Source: Myxococcales bacterium (GTDB taxonomy: Bacteria > Myxococcota_A > Polyangia > Polyangiales > Polyangiaceae). From it: 64,000 bases of DNA. Where the stretch lies: positions 378,050 through 442,049 of the forward strand of contig JADJCA010000011.1 in NCBI GenBank assembly GCA_016703425.1. Direction: 5' to 3'. The notes below the pieces were generated by a model, which had not been told where the DNA came from, searched no databases, and was given only the letters and a program-made list of their open reading frames with translations. This document shows positions 10,200 through 18,617 of the stretch, in pieces. The first letter of the stretch is position 1; each line of letters begins with the position of its first letter. Made by a program: the position numbers and the translations under genes.

Positions 10200-10901
10200 C
10201 TACTTGGCCGGAACGCCCGCGTCGCCAGCGACGGGAGCGGCCGGCGCCGAGCCCGGCGGCGCCGCGAGGCCGTTGATGCGCTGTCGCACGCCGACGTAGG
10301 CCGCGTCGAGCTTGGCCCACTCGTCGACGAGTCGAAGCCGCTCGGTCGCCGACTGCGGATAGACGCCGCCGTCTTTGGTCTTCGCGAGCTCGCTGTACCG
10401 CCGCCAGAGCTCTTTGGCCTCGTCCCACTTGTGGAGGCGCTCCTTGGCGCTGGCGAGCACGAACACGATGCGCGGCTTCGTCGCCGCCGTTTGCGGAGCC
10501 GCGTCGTCGGCCACCATGAGCGCCGCCTCCGCGTCCTCGGTCTTGCCTTTGGCCAAGAGCGCCTCGCCGAGCGCGTATTGCGCGACGGCACTGCGCGGCT
10601 GAAGCTTCACGGCCTTGCGGAAGGCCAGGAGCGCGCCTTCTGAGTCGCCGTCGACCCATTTCTTGGTCCCATCGACCACCGACGCCATGGCCTCGCTCAT
10701 GGCGGTCTGGTTGTTCGCGTCGAATCGCTTGGGCGCGTCAGCCGCCTTGTCGGCCTTCTCGACCTTGTCCGTCTTGTCGGACTTTTCCGCCGTCTTGTCG
10801 GCCTTCTTCGGGTCCTTGGAGTCGGCCTCGGCGGTCGTCCAAACGAAGGCGACGGAGGCTGCAAGGAGCGTGGCAACGAGGGTGCGAGCGCGCGGCAACA
10901 T
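10200..10901 (-). CDS. Secreted hypothetical protein with K/D-rich low-complexity region and TPR-like C-terminal half
   Basis: 233 aa with signal peptide MLPRARTLVATLLAASVAFVWTTAEA, then KDPKKADKTAEKSDKTDKVEKADKAADAPK repeats, then TPR-like helices. Confidence 0.6.
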   Translation of the reverse strand: MLPRARTLVATLLAASVAFVWTTAEADSKDPKKADKTAEKSDKTDKVEKADKAADAPKRFDANNQTAMSEAMASVVDGTKKWVDGDSEGALLAFRKAVKLQPRSAVAQYALGEALLAKGKTEDAEAALMVADDAAPQTAATKPRIVFVLASAKERLHKWDEAKELWRRYSELAKTKDGGVYPQSATERLRLVDEWAKLDAAYVGVRQRINGLAAPPGSAPAAPVAGDAGVPAK

Positions 10902-10904
10902 GGC

Positions 10905-10927
10905 CGCGAGACTAGAGCGTATTTCGT
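10905..10927 (-). promoter_or_regulatory. Conserved 17-nt motif GAAATACGCTCTAGTCT (in gene sense) 7 nt upstream of the ATG of 10200..10901; second copy at 14402..14418
   Basis: An exact 17-mer is shared between two divergent intergenic regions. Both copies have the same orientation and spacing relative to a start codon. The motif is AT-rich in a 70% GC genome. Confidence 0.4.
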
Positions 10928-10969
10928 GCCTGCGCGACGCCGAAGTCGGGTTCGACGAGTGGTGTTTCC

Positions 10970-11698
10970 TTGCAAGCCTTGGAAATCGCCCCGAAGATCT
11001 CCCGAATGCTGCCCCGTGTCCTCGAACCCGAGATCATGGACACGGCCCTCGACGCCGCCGACTACGACGCCATGGATCACGGCGCCGTGAACGAGGCCTT
11101 CTGCCGTGATTTTCTCGCGGCACGCCCTCAGTTGGCGTGCGTATTGGACGCGGGCACCGGCACCGGGCTCATCGCCGTGGAGCTTTGCCGCCGCGCGCCC
11201 GCGGCGAACATCGTGGCCATCGACCTTGCCAACGAGATGCTCGCGCTGGCGAAGAAGAACGTTCAGGCCGCGGGCTACGCCGACCGCATCGAAGTGGCGC
11301 GACGCGACGCGAAGCGAACAGGCTTCGACGACGGCGACTTCAGCGCCGTGATCTCCAACAGCCTCGTGCACCACCTGCCGGAGCCCGGAGCTTTTCTCAA
11401 GGAGGCCGCGCGGCTCCTCGCGCCGGGTGGGCTCCTCTTCGTGCGCGACCTCGCGCGCCCCGAAGACGAGACCGCCGTGTCGTCGCTCGTCGACCGATAC
11501 GCGCTTGTCACCGCCACGGACCCGACGCTCCGCTCACGGGAGTCGCGGCAACGAGCGCTCTTCGCGGCGTCGCTTCGAGCGGCGCTCACGTGCGACGAGG
11601 TGTCGGCCCTGCTGCCCGACGCGCTTCGGGTCGGGGCTCGCGTCGAGCTGACGAGCGATCGTCACTACACGCTCGTCGCGCGGAAGGCGCGTGCGTGA
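10970..11698 (+). CDS. Class I SAM-dependent methyltransferase
   Basis: VLDAGTGTGLIAVEL (motif I), DFSAVISNSLVHHL, LLAPGGLLFV. An alternative start at 11006 (MLPRVL) is possible. Confidence 0.75.
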   Translation: MQALEIAPKISRMLPRVLEPEIMDTALDAADYDAMDHGAVNEAFCRDFLAARPQLACVLDAGTGTGLIAVELCRRAPAANIVAIDLANEMLALAKKNVQAAGYADRIEVARRDAKRTGFDDGDFSAVISNSLVHHLPEPGAFLKEAARLLAPGGLLFVRDLARPEDETAVSSLVDRYALVTATDPTLRSRESRQRALFAASLRAALTCDEVSALLPDALRVGARVELTSDRHYTLVARKARA

Positions 11699-12828
11699 GC
11701 CGCGTCCGCGCGTTTCCGTGGGCCACGCTCGACGCTCTCACGAAAGCCGAGGTCGCGCGCGCGCGCCACTTCGGCGACTTCATCGCGCACCTGCTCGCGA
11801 CCAGCACGAGCGCTCGCGCCGCGACGCTCCGGGGCCTGTTGGGGGTTTCCCCCGAGGTTCGGCTGCGCGCCATCGACAGCGCGGCATCCGCGAGCGCGCC
11901 TGACGACGAGCGCCTCGCGGTGCACCTCCTCGTCGCAAAGACCGAAGTCATCGTCGAGACGGAGAGCGCGCTCGCGGCCGACGTGGTGGCGCGGGCTCTC
12001 GAACGAAAGGGACCGTCGCTCCCGCCGCGGGGCACGGCGGCGCTCGCCGGCGCCTTCGGTGCTGTCGCGGTGAGCGCGCTGAGGCGCCTCCGAGCGGACG
12101 CCGACGTTCGTCTCAAGTTCGCCGGACTGTCCAAGGACGTCCTGGCGAGGCAGTCTCTGGCGGACCCCGTCGCGGCCCACGTCACGGTGCTCCTCGACGC
12201 GGACGCTTACGACGCCCGTCTCGTCTTTTCGTCCCGAGCAGCAGGAAGCGTTGGCGCGCGACCCGTAGGACGGCGCGCCCTCGCGGCGCTCGACGTTCGA
12301 ATCGCCGTGCCCCTCACCTTGGCGCCCTCGTGGGCGCCGGCGCGCGAGCTTCGTGCGCTCGCGACGGGCGACGTCTGGCTGACGGGAGGCCGCTCGACGG
12401 CGCTGTCCTTCGTCCTGGCCGCGCCGGGCGCGCGCCGCGGCGTGCGCTGCACGGCCACGGCTGGGCTGGCTCTAGGCGTGCGCGACGTGGCTGCGGCATC
12501 GTTCCAAGTCGTGGTAGGGGACGTAGTCGAGGATTTGACGATGAGCGAAGCGACGGAAGACACCCTCCTCGAATCGGCCCTCGACGCACCGGTGATCGTT
12601 CGCGTCGAGCTCGGCGCCGTCGAGCTGTCGGCCCGCGAGTGGGCGAGCCTGCGCGCCGGCGATGTGGTGACCGTTGGCGCTCGCGTGGGCGCGCCCGTGC
12701 TCCTCCGCGCGGGCTCTCGCGAGCTAGGCACCGGCGAGCTCGTCGACATCGACGGCGAGGTCGGTGTCCGTGCCCTTTCGATGCGCACCTCGACGCCGCA
12801 ATCGGCTTCTTTGGAGGGCGGCGCTTGA
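11695..12828 (+). CDS. SpoA (FliN/SctQ-like) domain protein, orphan
   Basis: GTG at 11695 overlaps the upstream stop (GTGA). The C-terminus PVIVRVELGAVELSAREWASLRAGDVVTVGARVGAPVLLRAGSRELGTGELVDIDGEVGVRAL matches the surface-presentation-of-antigens fold of FliN/YscQ. Size (377 aa) fits SctQ. Confidence 0.55.
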   Translation: MSRVRAFPWATLDALTKAEVARARHFGDFIAHLLATSTSARAATLRGLLGVSPEVRLRAIDSAASASAPDDERLAVHLLVAKTEVIVETESALAADVVARALERKGPSLPPRGTAALAGAFGAVAVSALRRLRADADVRLKFAGLSKDVLARQSLADPVAAHVTVLLDADAYDARLVFSSRAAGSVGARPVGRRALAALDVRIAVPLTLAPSWAPARELRALATGDVWLTGGRSTALSFVLAAPGARRGVRCTATAGLALGVRDVAAASFQVVVGDVVEDLTMSEATEDTLLESALDAPVIVRVELGAVELSAREWASLRAGDVVTVGARVGAPVLLRAGSRELGTGELVDIDGEVGVRALSMRTSTPQSASLEGGA

Positions 12829-13388
12829 GCCGGCTTCCTCGCCGACTGAGCGCTCTGGCCCTCGCCGGATTGCTTGCGCACTGCAGCAAAGCGCCGGCGC
12901 CCGGCGACGCCGCCGCGCCGGCTTCACTGGAGGCCGCCTCGTCGGGAGGCGCCACAGCGTCCCGCGACGCGGGCGCCACCCTCGCCAAGCCCGCCGCAGA
13001 CGGCCCAATGACGTTCAGCGGCGAGTACGACGCGGTGGCGGGGACGCTCTACGTGCCCGACGGGGGCGACTACGCCGGCGTGAAATTCCGAGGACTCACC
13101 AGCGATCAGGGCCTCGGCAAGGGCACCCTTCGCATCGACATCGACGCGCTCGGACGCGCGACGGGCAGCCTCGACGGCGCCCTCGGCGCGCTGACGCTAT
13201 CGGGGGCCCTCACCGACAAGACGATTCTCACCGCGCGGCTGGCGCCGGCCGCACCGACGTCGGGCGGCTACTACGGCACGGTGACGGCGGTCCTATCCCC
13301 CGCCGGCGAGCTCACCGGCTCACTCAAGGTGTCGCTCCATGACGCGAGCCTTATCCGCGAAGCGAAGCTCTCGCTGAAGCGCAAGTAG
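12825..13388 (+). CDS. Lipoprotein, hypothetical
   Basis: TTG at 12825 overlaps the upstream stop (TTGA). LSRLPRRLSALALAGLLAHC has a lipobox (LAHC). 187 aa, Gly/Ala-rich. Confidence 0.55.
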   Translation: MSRLPRRLSALALAGLLAHCSKAPAPGDAAAPASLEAASSGGATASRDAGATLAKPAADGPMTFSGEYDAVAGTLYVPDGGDYAGVKFRGLTSDQGLGKGTLRIDIDALGRATGSLDGALGALTLSGALTDKTILTARLAPAAPTSGGYYGTVTAVLSPAGELTGSLKVSLHDASLIREAKLSLKRK

Positions 13389-13441
13389 CCCTCCGACAAG
13401 ACACGCCGCCAAGACGGAGCCGACATGGCCGGCGCGGGGCG

Positions 13442-14326
13442 TCACCCTTCGCTGTCGCCCGCTTCGCTCTCGGTCGACACTTCGCCCGAGACCTCAACGG
13501 ACATCGTGTCGGGCGCGCTGCGCCAGCGTTCGAGTTCCTTGGCGAGGCCGTCGATCTCTGCGCTGGCCTCCACGAGACCGAGGGCGCGCGCCATGGCCTC
13601 GGACGACGGCCCGTGACCGTCGCGGAGTCGGCCAAGCAGTTGCTCCGCCGCCAGCGCCACGGCCTCGAGGCGGAGAGCCTGGCGTAAGAGCTTGTCGGGC
13701 GAGGACAGGTGGCTTCGAAGGCCCAACGCGAGGCCCAGCGCGTTCATGCGGTCCATGAGCCAGGCGCGGCTCTCGCGCTCTTCCTCGAGGTCGCGCTCGA
13801 GGACGCCGATGCGGCCCTCCATGGCGTTGAGGTCGACGTAGCGATCGACGGGCGTGTCGGTCAGCGCCACGAGGGGGACCTGCGCCAAGCGATCGAGGAT
13901 CGCCTCTTGGCAGGTCTCGTAGCCGTTGCGCCAGTGTTGACTGGGCCCGGCGTCTCCCTCGCGCACGCCGTTGCGCCGCGCTTCGTCGAGGGAGTCGAGC
14001 CGATCGACCCAGGCGCGCGCGTCGAGGAGCTCTTGCCGGAGCGAGCGAAATCGCTCTTGCATGACCTCGCCCTTCTGGCGGAGCGCCTCGTTGTGACGGG
14101 CAAACTCATCGACGGTGCGCTCCAGCCGGTCGGCCTTGTCGGCGGCGTGCGCCACGGCCACATCGCGAGCGCTCAAGCCCGACACGCGGACCACCTGGCA
14201 GAGCAGCGTGAGCTTCTCCCGCGCCACCGCTACGTAGTCCGCGTCGTCGGACACGAGCTCTTCGATGGCTGCCAAGGCTTCGAGCTCGGCGTCAGTCAGC
14301 ACGTGTCGATGGATACCAAAGGGCAC
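13442..14326 (-). CDS. Hypothetical coiled-coil protein
   Basis: 294-aa ORF rich in Glu/Arg/Leu heptads, with an acidic C-terminal tail. No recognisable catalytic motif. Confidence 0.5.
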   Translation of the reverse strand: MPFGIHRHVLTDAELEALAAIEELVSDDADYVAVAREKLTLLCQVVRVSGLSARDVAVAHAADKADRLERTVDEFARHNEALRQKGEVMQERFRSLRQELLDARAWVDRLDSLDEARRNGVREGDAGPSQHWRNGYETCQEAILDRLAQVPLVALTDTPVDRYVDLNAMEGRIGVLERDLEEERESRAWLMDRMNALGLALGLRSHLSSPDKLLRQALRLEAVALAAEQLLGRLRDGHGPSSEAMARALGLVEASAEIDGLAKELERWRSAPDTMSVEVSGEVSTESEAGDSEG

Positions 14327-14401
14327 GACGACGCGCGACCAAAGCGACCGGCTCTGCGGAGGCCAGCCTCGGCAAGCCCGTGTTCGGCGTCGTGTGGCTG
14401 T

Positions 14402-14418
14402 GAAATACGCTCTAGTCT
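14402..14418 (+). promoter_or_regulatory. Second copy of conserved 17-nt motif GAAATACGCTCTAGTCT, 6 nt upstream of the ATG at 14425
   Basis: Exact repeat of the motif at 10911..10927 (reverse complement on the + strand there). The flanks are also similar: GCGCAGGCAC / GTGTGGCTGT before and CGCGGCC / GCGCCG after. Confidence 0.4.
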
Positions 14419-14424
14419 GCGCCG

Positions 14425-15507
14425 ATGCTGACGCGACCGGCGTATCTGGGGTGGGCGCTCGCGCACTACGGCAAGGTCCCCTTCGACCTCGCGTCGAGCG
14501 GCATGCCGACGCTGCGCCAGAGCGAGCTCGGCGCGGCGAGCCTTGACGATCCCAACGGCTGGGAGATCTTGCAGGGCGCCATCGCGAAGCACAACGCGGT
14601 CACCCGCTCGGAGGCCATCGGCGCGCTGGGCGCGTCGCACGGGCTTTGGCTCGCGTACACGTCGATGATCGACGCTGGCGACGACGTGCTCGTCGAAGAC
14701 CCGGCTTACGAGCCGTTGTGTCACGCGGCGCGCGCGGCCGGCGGCAACGTCGTTCGCTTCGATCGGGGCCCCGACGTCAACTACGCCCTGGACCCGGAGC
14801 GCGTCCGGGCCGCCATGACCCCGCGCACCAAGGTCGTGGCCATCTCGAACCTTCACAACCCGAGCGGTGCGCGCGCGAGCGACGACGCCATGCGCGAGGT
14901 CGCCAAGGTCGTCGCCGATCGCGGCGGCTACCTCTTCGTCGACGAGGTCTACGCTCCCTTCGACGACCTGGTCGACGAAGCGGGGATCTTCCACGGAAGC
15001 GCGAGACGCCTCGCGCCGAACGTGGTGGCCACGGCGAGCCTCACCAAGGCCTACGGCCTTGGCCCGCAGCGCATCGGGTGGGTCTTGGGCCCGCCCAAGG
15101 TCATCGACGCCGCCATGGACGCCATCGTGGCCTCCGTCGGCGTCTTGCCTATCGCGTGGATGCACCGCTCCGCGCTGGCCCTCTCTCACGTGGGCGCGCT
15201 CTCGGCGCGTTCACGCTCGCTGCTCGGCAAGAAGCGCGAGCGCGTGGCCCGCTGGATGCGCGAGCAAGAGAACCTCGCGTGGAGCGCCCCACCGGCTGGA
15301 CTCTTTGGCTTCGCGACACTTCGCCGCAGCGCCGCCGACCTTAGGCCGGTGATCGAGCGCGGCATCGAAGCGCACGGCGTGATCGTCGCGCCGGGATCTT
15401 TCTTCGGAGTTCCAAACGGCTTTCGCCTCGCCTGGTCGCTCCCGGAGGAGCAACTGGACGAGGCGCTTCTTCGCCTGAGCACCGTGCTCACCACCGCGAC
15501 GTCGTGA
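14425..15507 (+). CDS. PLP-dependent aminotransferase (class I/II fold)
   Basis: 360 aa. Fold-type I aminotransferase-like segments (SNLHNPSG..., LFVDEVYAPF, ASLTKAYGLGPQRIGW). Confidence 0.8.
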   Translation: MLTRPAYLGWALAHYGKVPFDLASSGMPTLRQSELGAASLDDPNGWEILQGAIAKHNAVTRSEAIGALGASHGLWLAYTSMIDAGDDVLVEDPAYEPLCHAARAAGGNVVRFDRGPDVNYALDPERVRAAMTPRTKVVAISNLHNPSGARASDDAMREVAKVVADRGGYLFVDEVYAPFDDLVDEAGIFHGSARRLAPNVVATASLTKAYGLGPQRIGWVLGPPKVIDAAMDAIVASVGVLPIAWMHRSALALSHVGALSARSRSLLGKKRERVARWMREQENLAWSAPPAGLFGFATLRRSAADLRPVIERGIEAHGVIVAPGSFFGVPNGFRLAWSLPEEQLDEALLRLSTVLTTATS

Positions 15508-15543
15508 GCGCCGCGCGCGAGCGCCGTTCGTATCAGGAGCCGA

Positions 15544-16299
15544 TCAGAAGAGGCCGCCGAGCAAGCCGCCGAGGCCGCCACCGCCGCCGCCGCCGAGCAG
15601 ACCGCCAAGCGCGCCGAGGCCACCCGCGGGGTTCGCGCCGCCGCCACCGGTGAGGCCGCCGAGGCCCTTGATGAGACCGCCGACTTGCCCTGCGATCTGT
15701 CCGATCTGCGGGTTACCCGTCGCCTGACCGAGGAGGTTTCCGATGGGCCCGATGGCGGCGAGGGGGTTGCCTCCCTGAAGCGCGTTGAACACGCCGGGCA
15801 ACGCACCAAGCGCGCCAAGCGGGTTGGCTTGCGGCTGCTGCGCAACGGGCGCCTGTTGGAACACCGGCTGCGGCGCGAAGCCTTGGCCGCCTTGCGGGGC
15901 GAAGGGCATGAAGCCGCCGTTGGCGCCGTAGGCCGGTTGCCCGAAGCCTTGTTGGAAGCCGGGTTGAAACCCCTGTTGGAATCCGCCGGGAGCGGCGCCG
16001 TATTGCGGCGCTTGGATGCCGGGCGGGAGCGCAAAGCCTCCTTGCGGTGCCGCCACCATGTAAGGCTCCGGCGCGAAGCCGCCCTGCGCGCCGAACGCGG
16101 GCTGCGCACCGTACGCGGGCATCCCAAACTGACCGGCAGGCGCCGGCGCACCGTACATGCCCGCCTGGGGATCGAACTGGTTGGGGTCGAAGGCGCCCTG
16201 CTGCTGCGGGAGCCGCGCGCCCAGCGCACCGACCGCAATGCCGCCGCTCACCGCGTCGAGCGAATCAAGGTCGATGGAATCGAATTCGTTGTTGGGCAT
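15544..16299 (-). CDS. Gly/Gln/Pro-rich protein with N-terminal double-glycine leader-like peptide (MPNNEFDSIDLDSLDAVSGG)
   Basis: GGAG lies 9 nt upstream of the ATG at 16299. The leader matches the LSxxELxxIxGG bacteriocin/microcin leader pattern. The body is about 230 aa of low complexity (QQGF, GLGALG, LTGGGG repeats) ending GGGGGGLGGLLGGLF. Confidence 0.55.
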   Translation of the reverse strand: MPNNEFDSIDLDSLDAVSGGIAVGALGARLPQQQGAFDPNQFDPQAGMYGAPAPAGQFGMPAYGAQPAFGAQGGFAPEPYMVAAPQGGFALPPGIQAPQYGAAPGGFQQGFQPGFQQGFGQPAYGANGGFMPFAPQGGQGFAPQPVFQQAPVAQQPQANPLGALGALPGVFNALQGGNPLAAIGPIGNLLGQATGNPQIGQIAGQVGGLIKGLGGLTGGGGANPAGGLGALGGLLGGGGGGGLGGLLGGLF

Positions 16300-16821
16300 G
16301 ATCGACATCTCCGAGGACGAGAACTGCAAAGGCTCGGCCACTCGGAAGGAGCCTTTTCGCCCTCGTATTTCGCGGAAATTTTGGGCGCACACATCGCCGC
16401 CGGATCCGGTCCTCTCCGCACTGTCGCCTCAGGGAAACTCAGGGACGCTGTAGGTCTTCGAGGAGAGCGGAACGCTTCGCAAGTCCGCGCCCTGCACAGA
16501 GAATCAGCGGTCGACGCGGCGACGCGAGCGGGCGTCGCGCCGGGCTTCGGTCGCGCGGGGCCGGGGCGGGGCCCGCGGCGTCGATGGTGTGCATGCTAAC
16601 GATCGACCTGCGCGGCCATGCCCCCGCCCCCCGCCGAATCGCGCTGCCGCGCGCCCAACGCGCGAAACCAATGAACAACGGCGGGCGACCGTGAGGTCGT
16701 CCGCCGCGTGGCCAGGCCAACGAGCTGGCCGGCTGGCGTTCGTCAGAACGTACCGAGCGGTCCCACGCCACCGACGCCCGCGCCCGGGCAAGGTTCGCGC
16801 TCAACGCTCCCGCCGAGCGGG

Positions 16822-17382
16822 CTACCCAACGGACTGCGGAGGGGTTGGCGAAGCGACGTTGCCGCCGAGGTTGAGACTGCCGAGTTGGCTGCCGAGTTGG
16901 CCGCCGAGTTGGTTGATGAGCGGCCCGAACTGCGCGCCGAATTGCCCGACGAGGCCGTTGATCACGGGGCCGAGCGCCCCGAGTCCTTGACCGCCGGTGA
17001 GTCCACCAAGCAAGGGCGCGAGGGCGCCGAGGCCCTGCCCTTGCGTCAAGCCGTTCACGATGGCGCCGATGTTCAAGGCCCCGCCATTGGGAAGGAAGCC
17101 GAGCGGATTCGCCCCGCCGAGGAAAGCGTTGGGATCGGCCGACGGCGCCGCACCGGCCTGGACGAAGCCACCGGCAGTCCCGCCGAGGGGATTTCCGAAC
17201 GACGGCGTGAAGACGTGCGACGCGTCGAGCTGCGGCTGGCCGTATTGGCCGTAGGGATCGAAGCCGCCGTAAGGCGCGCCGAGCGGACCTGGCGCTCCGG
17301 GACTCGACGCAACCGGCGTCGCGAGGCCACCGAGCTTCACGCCACCAATCACGGCGTCCAGGTCTTCAAGTGCGAGCTTCAT
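16822..17382 (-). CDS. Paralogous Gly-rich protein with double-glycine leader-like peptide (MKLALEDLDAVIGG)
   Basis: GGAGG lies 7 nt upstream of the ATG at 17382. The leader is colicin V-like (compare MRTLTLNELDSVSGG). The body shares GLGALG, NPLG and LTGGQG motifs with 15544..16299. Confidence 0.55.
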   Translation of the reverse strand: MKLALEDLDAVIGGVKLGGLATPVASSPGAPGPLGAPYGGFDPYGQYGQPQLDASHVFTPSFGNPLGGTAGGFVQAGAAPSADPNAFLGGANPLGFLPNGGALNIGAIVNGLTQGQGLGALAPLLGGLTGGQGLGALGPVINGLVGQFGAQFGPLINQLGGQLGSQLGSLNLGGNVASPTPPQSVG

Positions 17383-17557
17383 GATCCGAGCCTCCGCTGA
17401 TGCAAACTGCAAGGGGTTTGCCAACGCCCCTCACGCCGGCATTTCCACGGATGGCAGACGATTCCGCGGGCCGCATGGACACGGCTCGGCTCACTTTGCC
17501 TCCGAAGGGCGACGAGAGAGCGCAACTAGACCTCGCGCGGCGCGGCCCGGACGACGC

Positions 17558-18493
17558 TCAACGCGCCACCGCCGAGCGCGTGGCGACGACGGTCACGCCG
17601 GCGAGGATGAGCGTCCCCGCGAGCAGCACGTGCCCTTGCGGGCGCTGCCCCAACTGAACAAACGCGAGCGCCCCTGCGACCAGCGGCTGCAAGTAGATGT
17701 AGATGGTCACGAGCGTCGCGCTCGACCGCCCGAGAGCCCAGGCGTTCGCGGCATACGCGACGATGGTAGGGACGACGACGATGTAGACCAGCAAGGTGAC
17801 GCCCAAGGCGTCGATGACCCCGAGGGTGCGGACGAGGGGCCCCACACCGAGCGGAGCAAACGTGAGCGCGCCCCAAGTGAAGATCCATCGAATGACCTCG
17901 ATGGCACCGAGGCGGCGAATGGTCGAGCGACCGAGGACGATGTAGCCCGCGTAAGCGAGAGAGTTGGCGACGACGAGGACCGCGCCGCGATCCACGCTGG
18001 AGAGCCCGGTCAGCTCGACGACGCCCAGGAGCGCGAGGCCAATGCCGGCAGCGACGCGCCAGGTGGGCTTCTCGTGTCGGAGGACGACGGCCAGCGCCGC
18101 CGCAAAGACAGGGATGGCCACGCACAGAAGCGCGGCAGAGAGCGGCGTCGTCGCTCGGAGGCCGAAGAGAAAGAGCGTCTGGTTCAGCGAGATGCCGAGC
18201 ACCGACAGGCCCGCCAGCGCGAGGTGATCGCGCCCCGAGAGCGGTGGTGCTGGTGGTGCTGATGCCCCACGGCGGCGACGAAGCAAGAGCGCCAGCCCTT
18301 GAAAGAAGAGCGCCGCGAAGCCCATGCGAGCCATGGCGATGGCCTCCGGCGAAAGGCCCGCACCGCCGCTGTGGCGCGGCATCATCGCGAGCTTTCCTTC
18401 GACCGCGTTGGACGCGAACGCTAGCTGAACCACAAGGAGCGCGGCGTGCGTGGCCCACGGACCGGGCCCTGTGGTGGCGATCTTGTCAGTCAT
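17558..18493 (-). CDS. DMT-superfamily (EamA-like) transporter
   Basis: 311 aa with 10 predicted TM helices and two EamA-like halves. Confidence 0.8.
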   Translation of the reverse strand: MTDKIATTGPGPWATHAALLVVQLAFASNAVEGKLAMMPRHSGGAGLSPEAIAMARMGFAALFFQGLALLLRRRRGASAPPAPPLSGRDHLALAGLSVLGISLNQTLFLFGLRATTPLSAALLCVAIPVFAAALAVVLRHEKPTWRVAAGIGLALLGVVELTGLSSVDRGAVLVVANSLAYAGYIVLGRSTIRRLGAIEVIRWIFTWGALTFAPLGVGPLVRTLGVIDALGVTLLVYIVVVPTIVAYAANAWALGRSSATLVTIYIYLQPLVAGALAFVQLGQRPQGHVLLAGTLILAGVTVVATRSAVAR

Positions 18494-18617
18494 GCATGGA
18501 GCGGGTCACGCGCCATGAGCGAGCCGGCGGCAGGGAGCGACGCGACCCGTTCGGATTCATAGCTGGTACACTTCCGCGCGCGGGAGCTCAACTCGGGTTG
18601 TCGCGGCTGAGGCATTT

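Noticed and set aside
10899-10935. Reading the conserved 17-mer region as a sigma-54 (GG-N10-GC) promoter
   Set aside because: Copy 1 fits AGGCACG-N4-ACGCT with GG-N10-GC spacing. Copy 2 has N11 spacing. In both, the -12 element would lie only ~16 nt from the ATG, leaving no 5' UTR for an SD. Kept as an unexplained regulatory motif instead.
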